From assembly GCA_951406725.2 (NCBI GenBank), contig OX597823.1:51770001-51834000 (forward strand): a DNA stretch of 64,000 nt, read 5' to 3'. Position numbers and translations under genes: made by a program. Each line of letters starts with the position of its first letter. Position 1 is the first letter of the stretch. Origin of the DNA: Octopus vulgaris (taxonomy: Eukaryota). Of the stretch, positions 38,336 through 52,352 are shown piece by piece. A model generated the notes under the pieces. The model searched no databases, was not told the origin of the DNA, and worked only from the letters and a program-made list of their open reading frames with translations.

Positions 38336-39571
38336 GTGTGATGTGTTCCAGAAGTTTTGAACCTGAATATGATCCCTTTGACAGTGATCCCAAATTATTG
38401 TTTTATTTGATTGACTTATTACATTATTTACTTATATTGGGATTTCCACTTCAGAAGCAATAGAAAATTTAAGTAATTGATGATGACCAACAAATATCAG
38501 AATCAGAAATTGAGAAATTACTGTTATTGGATTTTCGACTCTGGAGATGATTGCTTTGTAGAAAATCTATGATTGCATATAAATATGTACCATGAGGACT
38601 GTACTTCATATGCAATGGTCAAACATTGGACTGCCAATAGAGATTACATGGTTTCAAATCACAGTCAGGATGGCCTGTAGAAGTAACTTTTGAGGAAAAG
38701 TTCACTGCTGTTGAGTGTTTTATAAAGGAAGATCAATGAATGATGGTGCGTGAGACACTTCACATCATGGGACATGGTTTAGCAATGATTGACTAAATCA
38801 TTTATGATTGTTTGAACACATGAAAGGTATTTGTTCATTGGGTGCCATGAATACTGATACTGGAAATAAAATACAGCAGAGTTCAATGTTCTGATAAAAA
38901 TCTCATGCTCATGTGAGAGAACTGGGTTCTGTTTAGGTTGCAGTCTGTAATTGTGGGTAGGGGGAGTGATGAAACATAGATCCATCACCATGACTCTATG
39001 ATGAAAGAAGAATCCAAGCACCGGAAAAACAACAATTCTTTAACACCAAAGAAATTCACAGTTAGGCCTAATGTAGAACAGGACATGTTGCAATTTTCTA
39101 TGAACTTGTGGTGTAGGGTTAACTACATGTGACACAAGGCATCAGTCACAGGTAACAGAGTTACTATAGGTATCTTGTGTAATTATATCAAGACAAAGTG
39201 CCATGGAATTCTGAGTGCTGACAGGTCACATGTGAAAAGTTATCATACCAGGTCTATTTATCAGACTTTGCTTTATGTGATATCCACCTGCTTCCAGATT
39301 TGGAGCACCGTTTGGAGGGAGGGCAGGCAGTTTTCCTGTGATGAGTAACTGCAGTTGGCAACAGAATAATGGTTGGTTGAACAGGACAAAAAGCACTATT
39401 TAAATGGCATTGAGCAGCTGTGCAAGAAGTACATAAACTGTATAGAAGTTAGCAAAATAAAAGTCAACAAAATAAAATAAAAGCATTTGTCTAAAAACTA
39501 CTGAAGTATTCTTTCCCTGTTGTCATGTCATTAAGTATGTTATGCTCAAAGCCTTTGAAACACCCTTCATA
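38336..39571 (+). mobile_element. Old mariner transposon relic (second family)
   Basis: DET*IHHHD at 38968, HLLPDLEH..GRQFSCDE at about 39285-39345, YLNGIEQL at about 39397; eroded TIRs. A second fragment lies at 42075-42200. Confidence 0.75.
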
Positions 39572-41042
39572 GATGCACTGCCCTGTAACTGATAGTACAT
39601 GTGAAGCTGAATTCAATGCTTTATTTACTTATATTGTTCTTGCCAAACACTACATGTTCTTTCTGTTATTTTATAAGGATTCTTCTTTAACTATACTTCT
39701 CCAATGGAAACATATTTATAATGAATAAAACATTGGAAGACGGTTCAGAAGAAACATTATACTTCCTATTTATTTTATCAGTACTACAATCACTGATATT
39801 ATGAAAGAATTGAAGACATAAAGTTGTCTGAGTATACAATATTTCTCTTTACTTTTTCCCCCAAATAGAGTTGTCTGCGTATATAACATTCTTCTTTATT
39901 TTTCCCTCAAGTAAGGTCCGAGATTAGCACATTTCGTAATCTTTCCTCCTTAGATCTAAAACCTTCAAGAAACCTCTCTCACACATTTCATGTTTTTCGT
40001 GCAGGTATCAACATATACATATCATCAAACACTTCAATGTCACCAGCAAATAGATGTATTAGCAAAGGTAAATGGTACTAATCTTCCACCTCTGACCAAT
40101 TCATGATTAAGAAATGTACACAAAGGAAAATAAAATGAGTTGACCTCTCCTCCAGTTTTGAGCTTAGAATACTGAACAGAGTAAAGATCTCGTTGAATAC
40201 CTATATATATATAAAACACAGGATATATGTCTGTCTGTGTGTGTATCATGTCTTTAAAACTCAATATCCACCCAACTGACTTTAATGAAATTTTACCCCT
40301 CATTACTTAGGACCCATGGAGTGTCATGGGCCAAAACAATTTCAGCTTTTTGTCTAATGTGGGCCCAGGGGCAGATAAACAGCATTCTTTAAGCATTTTT
40401 GCAGTGTTAAGGCCTGTAACTTGAAGAGTATTCAGTCACTTTCCTCCAATTTTGCAACGAACATTAATCAGGCTCCTCGAATTGCTGTTGGCTAAAACAA
40501 ATTTCTGACACCAACTATATGTCCCCCACACCCAAAATGCAGATTAATAATATTTGAGTATACTGCAGTGGGTTTTATCTTTGTTTAGGCCATTTACCAA
40601 CGATGAAATATTAACACTACTTATGCAGTGTAAGTAGTGTATAATATTTCATGGAAACCTTTTTGTCCAATTTGTCAGAGGAAATGAGAACATTAAAAAT
40701 TTTTGTCAGTGCCCTGTTGAAGCTTCATGCTACCATCCCGCACACCACTGGGCCATGTGCATATGTGTGTGGCTGGTTAAAGGCGCAACAAATCAATTCA
40801 TTCATTTTTCAGAAGTTCCCGGGTGATGTTTCATGTTTCCAATCCTGCACAATGCAGCATGGTCTGCCAGAAAGTCTGCTTTGTATGTCATCCATGCAAA
40901 ATGTTCATACAAAGAAACAAACTGCTGTTGTGGCTCACAGCCATTTGAATTTCACCGCATGACCACTTTTGGAAGCTACACTTGCTACCTGCAATTATCC
41001 CCTTCCCCTGTATTCCCTCCCCCATTTAGTTGGACGAGTAAA

Positions 41043-41529
41043 TACAGGGTATCCCAGAAATAATGATGATTGGAGTCAAATCGGATGCAATTTTTAAAAA
41101 ATTCACTTTTATTTAAGTTTATCATGTTTAATAAGTGTTAAAAGCATATAAATTTGAATTTTGTTTATAATTTTATTTTCATTCCTATTGGACCCCTTTA
41201 ATTTGTCCATGGCAGCTTTTTTTCAATTTGGCAGCAATCATTTTCTTACCTATATCCCCAAGATACAGCAATCATTTAGCTGAGCTTAAAGAACACATTC
41301 AGTTAGCAGTGCAAGAGCTAACTCCTAAAATGCTTCAAAATGTGTTTCACAATGCAAAGGGGATATTTAAAGTATGCAGGGATACAGACATGTTAAAAAT
41401 TTTCAATAAAAGTTTGACGTACGATTTATAAATCTACTTGCTTTGGTAATAAACATAAAATTCTGTCAGTTTTATTTAAAATTTGCTCAATTTCATTGAA
41501 ACAGATAGTTGATTCTGGAACACCCTGTA
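41043..41529 (+). mobile_element. Tc1/mariner-superfamily non-autonomous element
   Basis: TA-cagggtatcccagaa ... ttctggaacaccctg-TA; internal LAELKEHIQLAVQELTPKMLQNVFHN resembles a transposase C-terminus. Confidence 0.85.
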
Positions 41530-42478
41530 TGGTGTAACATTTTTAGTTGTTGCATTGCTTGAGTAAATATTAAAATCGAAGATCTTCTCACTATAAACAT
41601 CCCATCCTTTTGTTAAGCATTTTGTATCAGGGAATATATTATCCAAAATGTATCTCTCCTTTATAGGTATGGCTGTGTGGTTGGGAAGCTTGCTTTCCAA
41701 CCATGTTGCCATGGGTTCAGTCTCACTGTACAGCACATTGGGCAATTCTCTTTCATTACAGCTCCATGCCAACTAAAGCCTTGTATATTATATAATTGTC
41801 ATTACTGTATTAATATATAAAATAATACAAGCAATTCATTTATTATTGTCCTGTAATAAACAAATTGAAGTTCGTATATGAAATTGATCTTTTTTCTACT
41901 TCAATTATTACATGATTTTTCTTATGAAATGCACACATACAGGAGAAGCAAATCTCTCTCTCTATATATAATAACACTCTGAATGTGGTTCCTGAGAAAG
42001 AGTAAAAGTAATTACTCAATCAATGATAGGTATTACTGCTAGTAAAATAATAAAGCAAAGAATGACAGTATATTTAGTGAGGGAGCACCATTAGAACAGC
42101 AGACAGTTTTTCTTGTGGTGAGTAACCGCAGTTGGCAACAGAAGAATGTTGAGTTGAACAGAACAGAAAGGTCAATTTAAATGGCATTGGGTAGCTTAGC
42201 AATATTAGATAAGATTTCTTTTGAAACTGAAGAATAATTGTGAAATCTACAGAAAATAAAATAGTCCTCCATAAATCCATTTATAATTCACATCTCAATT
42301 TTGGAGACAAAACTATCTTAAAATCTCCAGTAGCAAACATAAGACTCCTTCATCAGATGTCTGTGGGAATAATTTATAGTACCCTTATACCATGGTACTA
42401 CACCCACCCCATGGCTGTATTGTTAAAATGTTTGCTTCTGGACCTCAGGGTTTAGGTATCAATCCCACTGCAGGGCAC

Positions 42479-42765
42479 CTGATGAGAAACCAGTAAGCTT
42501 CAAAAATCGATTAAAGTTGTTCATCATTTTATTATATCATACCTTGATATTGTATGGACTAGGATCCCTGTTTTTATAGGTTTTTATAGGGTGTTAAACA
42601 CTTTTGGTATGCAAATTAGGTACTCCTTCATAGAGTAACTGCTGCATTTGTTGAGTATATAAACTCTTTGTTTGCTTGTTTCTCTGGAGATTGTCAGAAT
42701 GATGTGAACACCTCTGATGAGAATGCAATAAGGTTTGAAATTTAAGGTTGTGCATCATTTTTTAT
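42479..42765 (+). ncRNA. Two decayed hammerhead motifs in tandem, 235 bp apart
   Basis: CTGATGA-gaaaccagtaagcttc-AAAAATCGATTA-aagttgttcatc at 42479 and acacct-CTGATGA-gaatgcaataaggttt-GAAA-ttTA-aggttgtgcatc at 42714. Confidence 0.6.
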
Positions 42766-42814
42766 CAGTTTGCAGAGAAATGACTAAAATTTGCCCTGTT
42801 TATAATTATACCAT

Positions 42815-42844
<30 letters not shown>

Positions 42845-42845
<1 letters not shown>

Positions 42846-43133
42846 GTTTGTTCCTTCTCAAGCCATACCTGGCTCATAAGGGCCGGTTTCCTTGGCATAT
42901 AGGTTCCCCACCTGGACAAGATGCTGGTCCGTTGCAGGTGAGTTGCAAGATGCAGGAGGAAAAAGTGAGAGAACATTGTGGTGAAAAAGTCAGCAGAAGT
43001 TCGCCATTACCTTCTGCCAGAGCAGCGTAGAGCTTAGGTGTTTCACTCATAAACACACATTGCCTGGTCTGAGATTCGAACCCGCGATCCCTTGACCACG
43101 AGTCCACTGCTCTAACCACTAGGCCATGTGCCC
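42845..43133 (-). mobile_element. SINE family D variant
   Basis: Minus-strand tRNA head tggcctagtggttagagcagtggactcgtggtc..ggttcgaatctc. Confidence 0.85.
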
Positions 43134-43147
43134 CCACTATATATATA

Positions 43148-43752
<605 letters not shown>

Positions 43753-44407
43753 TATATATATATATATGCTAATGTGTGTATGTGTCTGAGTGTATGTGAG
43801 CATGTCTCCTTGTCTTCTGTGCTTCTGTTTCCTTGTCTTGACGTTCCACGATTGTTGTAAACGAGTCTCATGATCATACAAATAGTGTCATTCGTTTTCA
43901 ATCTTCTACAAAAACATGTCCAGCCATGGAGAAATATTACTTTGCTTGAATATAGGGGCATGTTGGCAACAGGAAGAGCATCCAACTACAGAAAAATCTG
44001 CTTCAGTAAACTCCATCTGACCCATGCAAGTATGGAAAAATGACCATTAAAAGATGATGGCTCTCATGAAAAATGTACTTATAATATAAACACTAAATCT
44101 TGTATTTAGTTCAAGCCATATCACTGCTTTTAAAGAAATTCGGTATAAATATTTAATATCGACATATTTGTATATTACTTGTGTAGTGTAATGGATAAAT
44201 GTATTGAAACCCTGAGGGTAAATAATAAAAGTTTGTAATGTTAATCTCAAGCACATACACATAAGATCTGCTGAACAGAAGCAAACACATTACACACTGG
44301 CAGTCTACATGGCTATTGTCCAATCTGTTAGAAATAGCAGCTAATTTTCCTCAAATCATACACATTTTAACCATCTCAAAAAGCAATAGCAAAGAAAAAA
44401 ACACATT

Positions 44408-44818
44408 GGTGTAGGTGTGGCTGCTTGATAAGAAGCTTGCTTTCCAACCACATGGTTCTGGGTTGAGTCTCACCATATAGTACCTTGGGTAAATGTATTC
44501 TAGTTATAGCCTTGGGCCAACCAAAGCCTTGTGAGTGGATTTGGTAAACGGAAACTGAAAGAAGCTAATCATATATATATGTGTATATCTATGCATGTGA
44601 GTCATTGTGTCTGTGTTTGTCCTCCTCATCACTGCTTGACAACAAGTACTGTTGTGTTTATGTCTCTGTAACTTAGTGGTTCAGCAAAAAAGAACTGACA
44701 GAATAAATACCAGGTTTTAAAAAGAAATAAGTACTGAGGTCTATTCATTCAACTAAAAATCCTTCAAGGCAGTTCTCCTGCATGGCCGTAGTCAAATGAT
44801 TGAAACAAGTAAGAGAAT
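44408..44818 (+). mobile_element. SINE family A
   Basis: Same head, core and tail as 6446-6868. Confidence 0.85.
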
Positions 44819-44824
44819 ACATAA

Positions 44825-45025
44825 GCTTTTTAACTCTAGGCACAAGGCCTTAAATTTTTTGTGGGAGAGGGCAAGTCGATTAAAACTGGAACTTAATTTA
44901 TCGAACCTGAAAGGATGAAAGGCAAAGTCGACCTCAGTGGAATTTGAACTCAGAATGTAAAGACAGATGAAATACTGCTAAGCATTTTGCCTGACATGCT
45001 AACATTTCTGCCAGCTCGCCGCCTT
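44825..45025 (-). mobile_element. SINE family B
   Basis: Reverse complement of 56825-57039. Confidence 0.85.
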
Positions 45026-45096
45026 TTTCACATTACACAGGTTTATGTAGTGACAGTCGAGTTCCAGAGTCAAGTGTGGGACATGATTGTCACTCC

Positions 45097-45138
45097 ATAA
45101 ACCTGATGACTGCGTAATGCATGAAAGTACTAGTTTAT
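45097..45138 (+). ncRNA. Minimal type I hammerhead ribozyme (42 nt)
   Basis: ataaac-CTGATGA-ctgcgtaatgcat-GAAA-GTAC-TA-gtttat: perfect 6-bp helix I, palindromic AGTACT, mismatched first pair of helix II. Confidence 0.85.
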
Positions 45139-45267
45139 TTCAATATTGTAAAATTGTAAAAATTGCAAATAATAAAACAGGGTATTCAGACTTCGTTAGA
45201 ATTTCATTGATTGATATATTCCTCTATATACAGTCATGCAAACTTGGATATATATCTCTGTATATGT

Positions 45268-45298
<31 letters not shown>

Positions 45299-45332
45299 GA
45301 TAGATAGATATAGGTATAGATAGATATATGTG

Positions 45333-45640
45333 TAGGCGCAATGGCCCAATGGTTAGGGCAGCGGACTCGTGGTCATAGGATCGCGGTTTCGATTACTAGG
45401 CCGGGCGTTGTGAATGTTTATTGAGTGAAAATACCTAAAGCTCCATGAGGCTCTCGCAGGGGGGTGGGGTGGCGATGCTTGTACTCTTTCGCCACAACTT
45501 TCTCTCACTTTTTCTTCTATTGGCCTGCTCCCTTAGCAAGCGAGGTGGCGTCATTTGAAGGCTAAAACAATGCAAAGCACATTGTGACCAGCGATGTTTA
45601 GCAACATCTGATTGCCTGGTCAATCACTGTGATCATAGTG
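45333..45640 (+). mobile_element. SINE family D variant
   Basis: tRNA head tggcccaatggttagggcagcggactcgtggtc..ggtttcgatt. Confidence 0.8.
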
Positions 45641-46759
45641 ATATATATATATATAGATAGATAGATAGATAGATAGGTAGGTAGGCAGACAGACAGACAG
45701 ACAGACATCGATATATATATGACAGGTTTCAGCATAGTATCCAACAAGTAAATTCATACTTACAAAGTGTTGGTCAATTTAAGGTTTGCAGGACTAGACT
45801 CCTACCCAAGGTATGACTATTACTTTACATAATGCTTCTAACTGTAAGCTTTCTGGTCGTTGTCATAATTCTTATTATCAGTAATATCAAAATTAGCTAA
45901 ATTTTGTCAACTTTTTTTTTTTTTCCTTTTTGTTGTCTGTTTTAACACCCAGTCAATGTTCTGTACAAAGTGCTATGGAGAAAGAAAGCACCCTTGCAGA
46001 ACTAGTGTCTGCACCTCAAACAAATTTGTTTGCATCTGTCTACAGCCTTTACATAGAAATTTAACTTCATAAATATTTGCTTGACTAGTTTTAAGTGAAA
46101 TGTTGTTGGCCTCTATAATGTTTTACAATGTTGGTTTCTGGATTCAATGATATGTCACACTGAAGTACATATATTATAATTTTTTTTCTTCTCTTTATAT
46201 ATTGCAATATATATATGCTCATGAGTATCCTGAGTTGAAAAATATTCCATTGCAGCTGTTTATGGTTGACTTATATTTGGATCTATATCAATTTGGAGAA
46301 AGAATTGCATTCGGAATTAAGTAAATTCACCTCCCAAAGTATATATTGGTTGTTGTAATATTGAGATAAATGAATAGCTGTATCCACAAAGAAATCTACT
46401 AATAGCTTTACTGTGTTATAAAAATATTGATACAATTACAAGCTTACAGATGCATATGCACACGTTTTTGTGTTTACACACGCATACACACACACATGCA
46501 TGCACATATGTGTATGTGTACATTTATATGTATGTGTGTGCGTATGTATGTATATATACATTTATACACATATGCTCACACATATACATCAACATGCAGA
46601 GTGTAAGCTACTTAGAGCAGTCTCTTTGATACAGAGCCTTGTTGATAACAATAACCATTTTATAGCAATAACAGTTAATATTAACTGTGATTGTTGTAAG
46701 CGGCTCCCACTGTGTGTATGTGTGTGGTTGTCTGTGTGTGTCTGTGTCTGTGTTAAATT

Positions 46760-47830
46760 ACTGTACCAGACTGTGAGATGAATGGAAACAGTTATAGCTC
46801 AATTGATATGGAAGAGAGTTAGTGAAGATGTGATGCAGTTCAGTTCTGTGCCAGGAAGAAATATTACTGATTGCATCTTCCTATTAAAGCAACTGCATGA
46901 GAAACACACGAACCAGGATTAAGTTGCGGTACCTGGTATTAGTTGACCTGTGAATAAACCTTCGGGAAGGGGTCTCTCACTCCTTAACTTGATTGTTGCT
47001 GAGGAAGCAAAATGTAGATGAATGGCCTTTGAGTGTAATACAAGCCATGTACAGAGGTGCTATCAGCTGAGGGAAAGTTATAAAGGAAAATGACCTTTCT
47101 CAGTATGTAGAAAATGAGTAGAGATGAATTTCTTATGTTGCATCTTCTGCAAACTATGGACTCACAAGAGGTACAGTGGAATTGTGAGCAGATTAACAGA
47201 GAAAGCAGACTTTATATATACCAAATGCACAGGAGCAATAAAAACAAATAGCATATGGAAATAGATTCTCTCAAATGCTTGGGAAGATTCCTAAAAGTAG
47301 TTGATAGCTTCTGAAACCTAGATGATGTAGTTAGCCATAGAAAAGGATGTCCTGAAAGGATAGTAGCCAAGTTATGAACATGTCGAAAAATGTTGACAAC
47401 AAGGTCTTCTTGAGAGAGAAGGGCAGACTGTATGTTGCTTGTGTACAAACCACGTTGCTATACAGTTGAGCACTGAGTACAGAGGACCTGCAAAAACTAG
47501 GAAGAAATTAAGTGAGCCTGCTCTATTGAATGTGCAATGCCAATATGCATGAATGACAGAATAAAAATGTGTTAAGAGAAAATCTGAGCATAAGAGGAGT
47601 TACATGTAGTGTGCAAGAGAGGAAAATGCATTGTTAGATGTATATGATATATACATAGATGTTAAAAAAAAGTGCTTATCACTTATGTGGTTGGAATTTA
47701 AGGAAGACAGTGACTTCAGAATATGTGGTGAAGATTGATCTCAGGATTTTGAGCCTCATTAAAGAGATGACAAAGTTTGAGATGACTGGAGAGATGCAAG
47801 GTTTCAAAAGACTTGCCCATCCATACTAGG
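46760..47830 (+). mobile_element. RTE-clade LINE relic
   Basis: MQFSSVPGRNITDCIFLLKQLHEKH at 46833-46907, then EW...IQAMYRGA and VVDSF..L.D remnants with stops and frameshifts. Confidence 0.8.
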
Positions 47831-48000
47831 ATGGAGAAACTGATATTAAAATGTTGATAGAGATGGAAACTGAAAATGTATTGTGTAATCACATAACTCA
47901 ATACCTTATCCGTATGTTCCTGTCAAGTCTACATCTACTGTTCTACCTCATCTCTTCATCATTTTTCTGTCTATTGTATTATATATATATTTCACTTTCT

Positions 48001-48177
48001 ACAGAAGTTATAGCCTGTGCTGATTTTTGATATGTTGTTTTGCATCCGAGATGCCAGATGTAAACAAACAATGAGATCGAAAATGAAAACAGGATCTTTG
48101 ATTATATTGTTTGTTTAGATCTGATGTCGTGGATATGAAACATTGAAACAAAAATCCGTGCTGGCTATAATTTCTGT
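48001..48177. repeat. Long imperfect inverted repeat (arms about 72-84 bp)
   Basis: acagaagttatagcc...taaacaaacaat pairs with attgtttgttta...ggctataatttctgt. Confidence 0.85.
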
Positions 48178-50914
48178 TGAATATCTGTAGTGATGCAAAA
48201 TGCACTGCTAACACAGTAGAATATAATATTGATTTTTAAAAATCATTTAATATACTTTATAGCATATTATGTTTACATAACAAAATACTGCATCCCCACA
48301 AGTCATTAATATGTATGTATATATATATATATGTCATCATAATCATCATCTTTTAATGTCCATCTTCCATACTAGTACCACAAGAGCCAGCCAGGCTGAA
48401 GCCTGCACCAGACTTCTGTGACTGTTTTGGCAGGATTTTTACAGCTGGATGCCCCTCCTAACACCAACCACCCAGCAGAATATGTGTGTGTATGTGTGCA
48501 TGCACACGCATGTTTATATAAATATATATAATTATTAATAATAGTCAGCAGAAGTTACAGAGTGACTCAAGTGATGCCAGTTTCTTACACTGATAATTGT
48601 CAATGCACAATATGCTCAGATCTTGAGTCAATCTGTAACTTCTGCCAACCAAACACACACACACATATGTACGTACATGCAAACACATACACCTGTATAT
48701 ATTAGTTACAAATTTTGACGCAAGGTCATCTATTTCAAGGGAATGAGTGAGTTGATTACATCAACCTCCCTCAGAAAAATTTGAACTCAGAACATAAAGA
48801 CAGACGAAATCCCAATAAACATTTTGCCAGACATGCTAATGATTCTGTCAGCTTGTTACCTTACACACACACACACACACACGTATATATATATATATAT
48901 GTATATATAATGATATACATATACTGATATATTTACACACATACATATATGCACATGCTTCATTGTAAAAACTGGTCAAGTTGATAGCATGTTAGTCTAA
49001 CATGTAAACATTTGTCATTCCACTTTTGCATTTTAGTCTGTGGCAAACAGACTTAATTTTCAGTCAATCTAATTACAAATAAGTATATGGTGTAACACGA
49101 TTCGCTATTCTATGCAGCAGATGCACCATACAGTTAATGAGTATTTCACAAGTTTACGGTGCAATGTTCAATTCTTCAAGACTGCTCTATCACTCTCTAG
49201 ATTATGACATTTGTTGTTTCATTATTCAGAAAATTATATTTCTAATATAAATTGCACACTTTAAGCAATATACTTGTTAAATTAAAATAGGACTTTGCTG
49301 GTCTCAAGAGCATTTTATGTTAGTATATCATTTAAACATAGTCATAGAAATTTAGGTACCTACTACATACAAATGTGTATTGCATATACAAATGTATATA
49401 GGGAAATTCTAGATCAGTTATGGACAAATTGGAACCCTAGGGTCACATTTGGACTATGGGACTTCCTGAATAGCATACCTGATTGAAAATTTGTTTCAGT
49501 AGTGAATATTTTTAGTGGTGTGATCTATGACTCATGTAGCCAGCTTCACAAGAAAGGTTGTCCATGCTTGCTCTTGATGGTCACACAGCCTGTTAAAGAT
49601 AGCAGCCAAATCTTCCAAAAATCTTACTTTGCAGTCAGATAATAAGGTTCTCACTTAAGAAAAAAATGGTTTAATTACTCAGATCTGACTTAGGATTAAA
49701 CAATTGCAACAAATGAATATATCATGCAAGTTCAGTCTACTCCAGATGAATGGTCTCCATTTGAAGAAAAGGTAAAGAAAATAATATGTCTGATTTGTAA
49801 AGAAAGCATAAAAGAATTTCTTACCAAATTATTAAGATAGTTGAATTGAATGGCTTAAAAGAAATCCGTTGTAGGTACTTGCATGAAGATCTTTCTCCTT
49901 TGTCTTTGTTACATAATGCTTTTACTGTCACAGAAAATGCATTCATCTTAATAAATGGTAAAGAATATAAGGGACAGAAAATCTAAAAATTATGAAATGT
50001 TCAACCCCCCAGCATGTAAAAATACAATCTGCTGCATATATATGTATATTCTTTTTTTTTCTTTTATGCTGGTGAAATATATCTATATTTCTTTCTAAAT
50101 CCATAAAATGTCTGGTGATTCCAAACTCCATTAAATTAATCTTGATAAATGTCTCTTATACAAAATATTTTGATGAATACTTCTACTTGGAAGTTTTTCC
50201 AATAATAATTCCTTATTTCAAAAGCTGGGTATGTTAGATGTTAATCATGCCATTTATTGATCAGGAATTGTTTTTAAGTTAACTCCAGTATGAGTTGACA
50301 CCAGGTGACTCTCAACTGGGTAAATATGGAACTATATACATGGCTTTTACCATTTTGCCACTCACTTTACTCTTTAAAATTTACTTTTCAATCCCTTTTT
50401 CTCTTTTGCTTTTCCTTGCTGAAGAATACTGTAAACATCTCCTATTTACAGTATTAAACTAAATGCTTTTATTCATTATTTGATGTTCTATTTGTTTTCT
50501 TCATGGTTCATTTGTTTCACAACCATTTTCTATACTTGGCATAAGATTACTTTATATCTATCCGGTTGTGGCCAATAGTTTGGAATATAGGTCTGAAAAT
50601 TTTTATAATAGAATTATGTATATAAAAATATATATACATTCTTATGTTACAATTTTTATATTAAATGCCCAAAGTTATATTTAATATATATCTGACCATT
50701 TACATAATTGACCGTCAGTTATTAGGTAACTATATGTCCAACTGGCCATTGGCTCAGTAATTAGGTAAGTATACCTCTATGTTGTATATATATTTGAATT
50801 GAATTGTACTTGAACATAATTTTAATTTTTAAAAAAACATGGCCTGCTGTGCTTACCTTGGATTGTAGGGCAACCTGCTGTACCATTGAGACCGATTGGG
50901 TCAAGTACATCAAC

Positions 50915-51243
50915 ATCAAATAAAAATCAAATGGAAATTGTAGCTGTGATACCTGTGCCAGTGGCACGTAAAAAGCACCATCCGAACGTGACCGATGCCA
51001 GTGCCACCTTGACTAGCTTCCGTGCCTGTGCCACGTAAAAAGCACCAACCTGTGCCGGTGGCATGTAAAAAGCACCCACTACACTTACGGAGTGGTTGGC
51101 GTTAGGAAGGGCATCCAGCTGTAGAAACACTGCCAGATCAGACTGGAGTTTGGTGCAGCCTCCTAGCTTCCAAGACCCTGGTCGAACCATCCAACCCATG
51201 CTAGCATGGAAAACGGACGTTAAACGATGATGATGATGATGAT
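50915..51243 (+). mobile_element. Repeat family C (retroposon with (GAT)n tail)
   Basis: Internal gtggcacgtaaaaagcacc subrepeats, ggcgttaggaagggcatccagctgta, tail ggacgttaaacgatgatgat. Confidence 0.88.
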
Positions 51244-51896
51244 GTTCCAAACTTTTGGCCACAACTGTATATATATATATATATGTGGGTGTGGTGTCAC
51301 GCGCGCGTGTGTGTGTGTGTGTGCAAATTGAGATATATTTTAGAAAAATTTCATTAACAGCAGATGAGTAAATATTTGGGTTTTTTTTAAAAGTGGCAAA
51401 ATATTATGTTAATTTTGTTTGATCATCTCAGCACACATCATACAACTCCTCAAAGTGGTCTGGGTGGGTGCATTTTGAAAATTAGTCCAATTGACCAGGA
51501 ATCCTTGAGGTGTAGCAATCTCCTGCGGTGGAGTCTAAGGTCATGAGGTTTAATGAATGCAGTGGGGATTTAGATTAAACTTATGGGGAGGAGGTAAGCC
51601 ATCAGATAAAATGATAGAAGGAAAAGGCCATGAGATGAACATTGATAAGTTCAAATAATCTGAGTTGTTAGCCAGTTTATATGAAGTGTTAAAGGGAATT
51701 GTATGTGATATGGAGTGTATGAGTGTGTATGCACATGCTTGTGCATGCATACATGCTTATAACTATGTATATATATATAAATTTATAAATAAGGATAATA
51801 TCGATATTTAAATATCGATCTTATCAAGTGGCCAGCATGGGAATAAATACCATACATAATTTATAGTTATATATATATATATATATATATATATTT

Positions 51897-52345
51897 AGGC
51901 ACAAACACAGCAGCATGGTAAGATGTTTGTTTCCCAACCTCGTGGTTCTGGGTTCAGTCCCACTGTGTCATATATTGCTAAAGCACTTTCTCCAAAAGCT
52001 TGAGTGGATTTGGCAGACAGAGACTGCAAAAAGCCTATCGTGTGTATGTGTGTGTGCGTGCGTGTGTATAAATGTGCGTGTGTGTGTGTGTGCATGTGGG
52101 CGTGCATGTGCATGCATGTACATGCATGTGTTTTGTGTGTGCATATTTGTGTCAATGTTCATCTCCCACCGCCACCTGACAACCGGTGTTGGTGTGTTTA
52201 TTTACAAACACGTAACTTAGTGGATCAGCAAAAGAGTTTGATTGGATAGGTACTAGGCTTTAAAAAAAGTGTCAGTCAACTAAAATTTTCAAGGTGATGC
52301 CCCAACATAGCCACAGTGTAATGACTGAATCAAGTAAAGAAAAGG
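51897..52345 (+). mobile_element. SINE family A, diverged
   Basis: Same layout as 6446-6868. Confidence 0.8.
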
Positions 52346-52352
52346 GGAAATA

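Noticed and set aside
50410-50470. CTGAAGA followed by a 10-bp stem (atactgtaaa/tttacagtat)
   Set aside because: GAAA reads TAAA and helices I and III cannot be formed; at most a heavily decayed hammerhead relic.
51800-51819. Perfect 20-bp palindrome atcgatatttaaatatcgat
   Set aside because: It lies in a short AT-rich repeat fragment between TA tracts, with no evidence of independent function.
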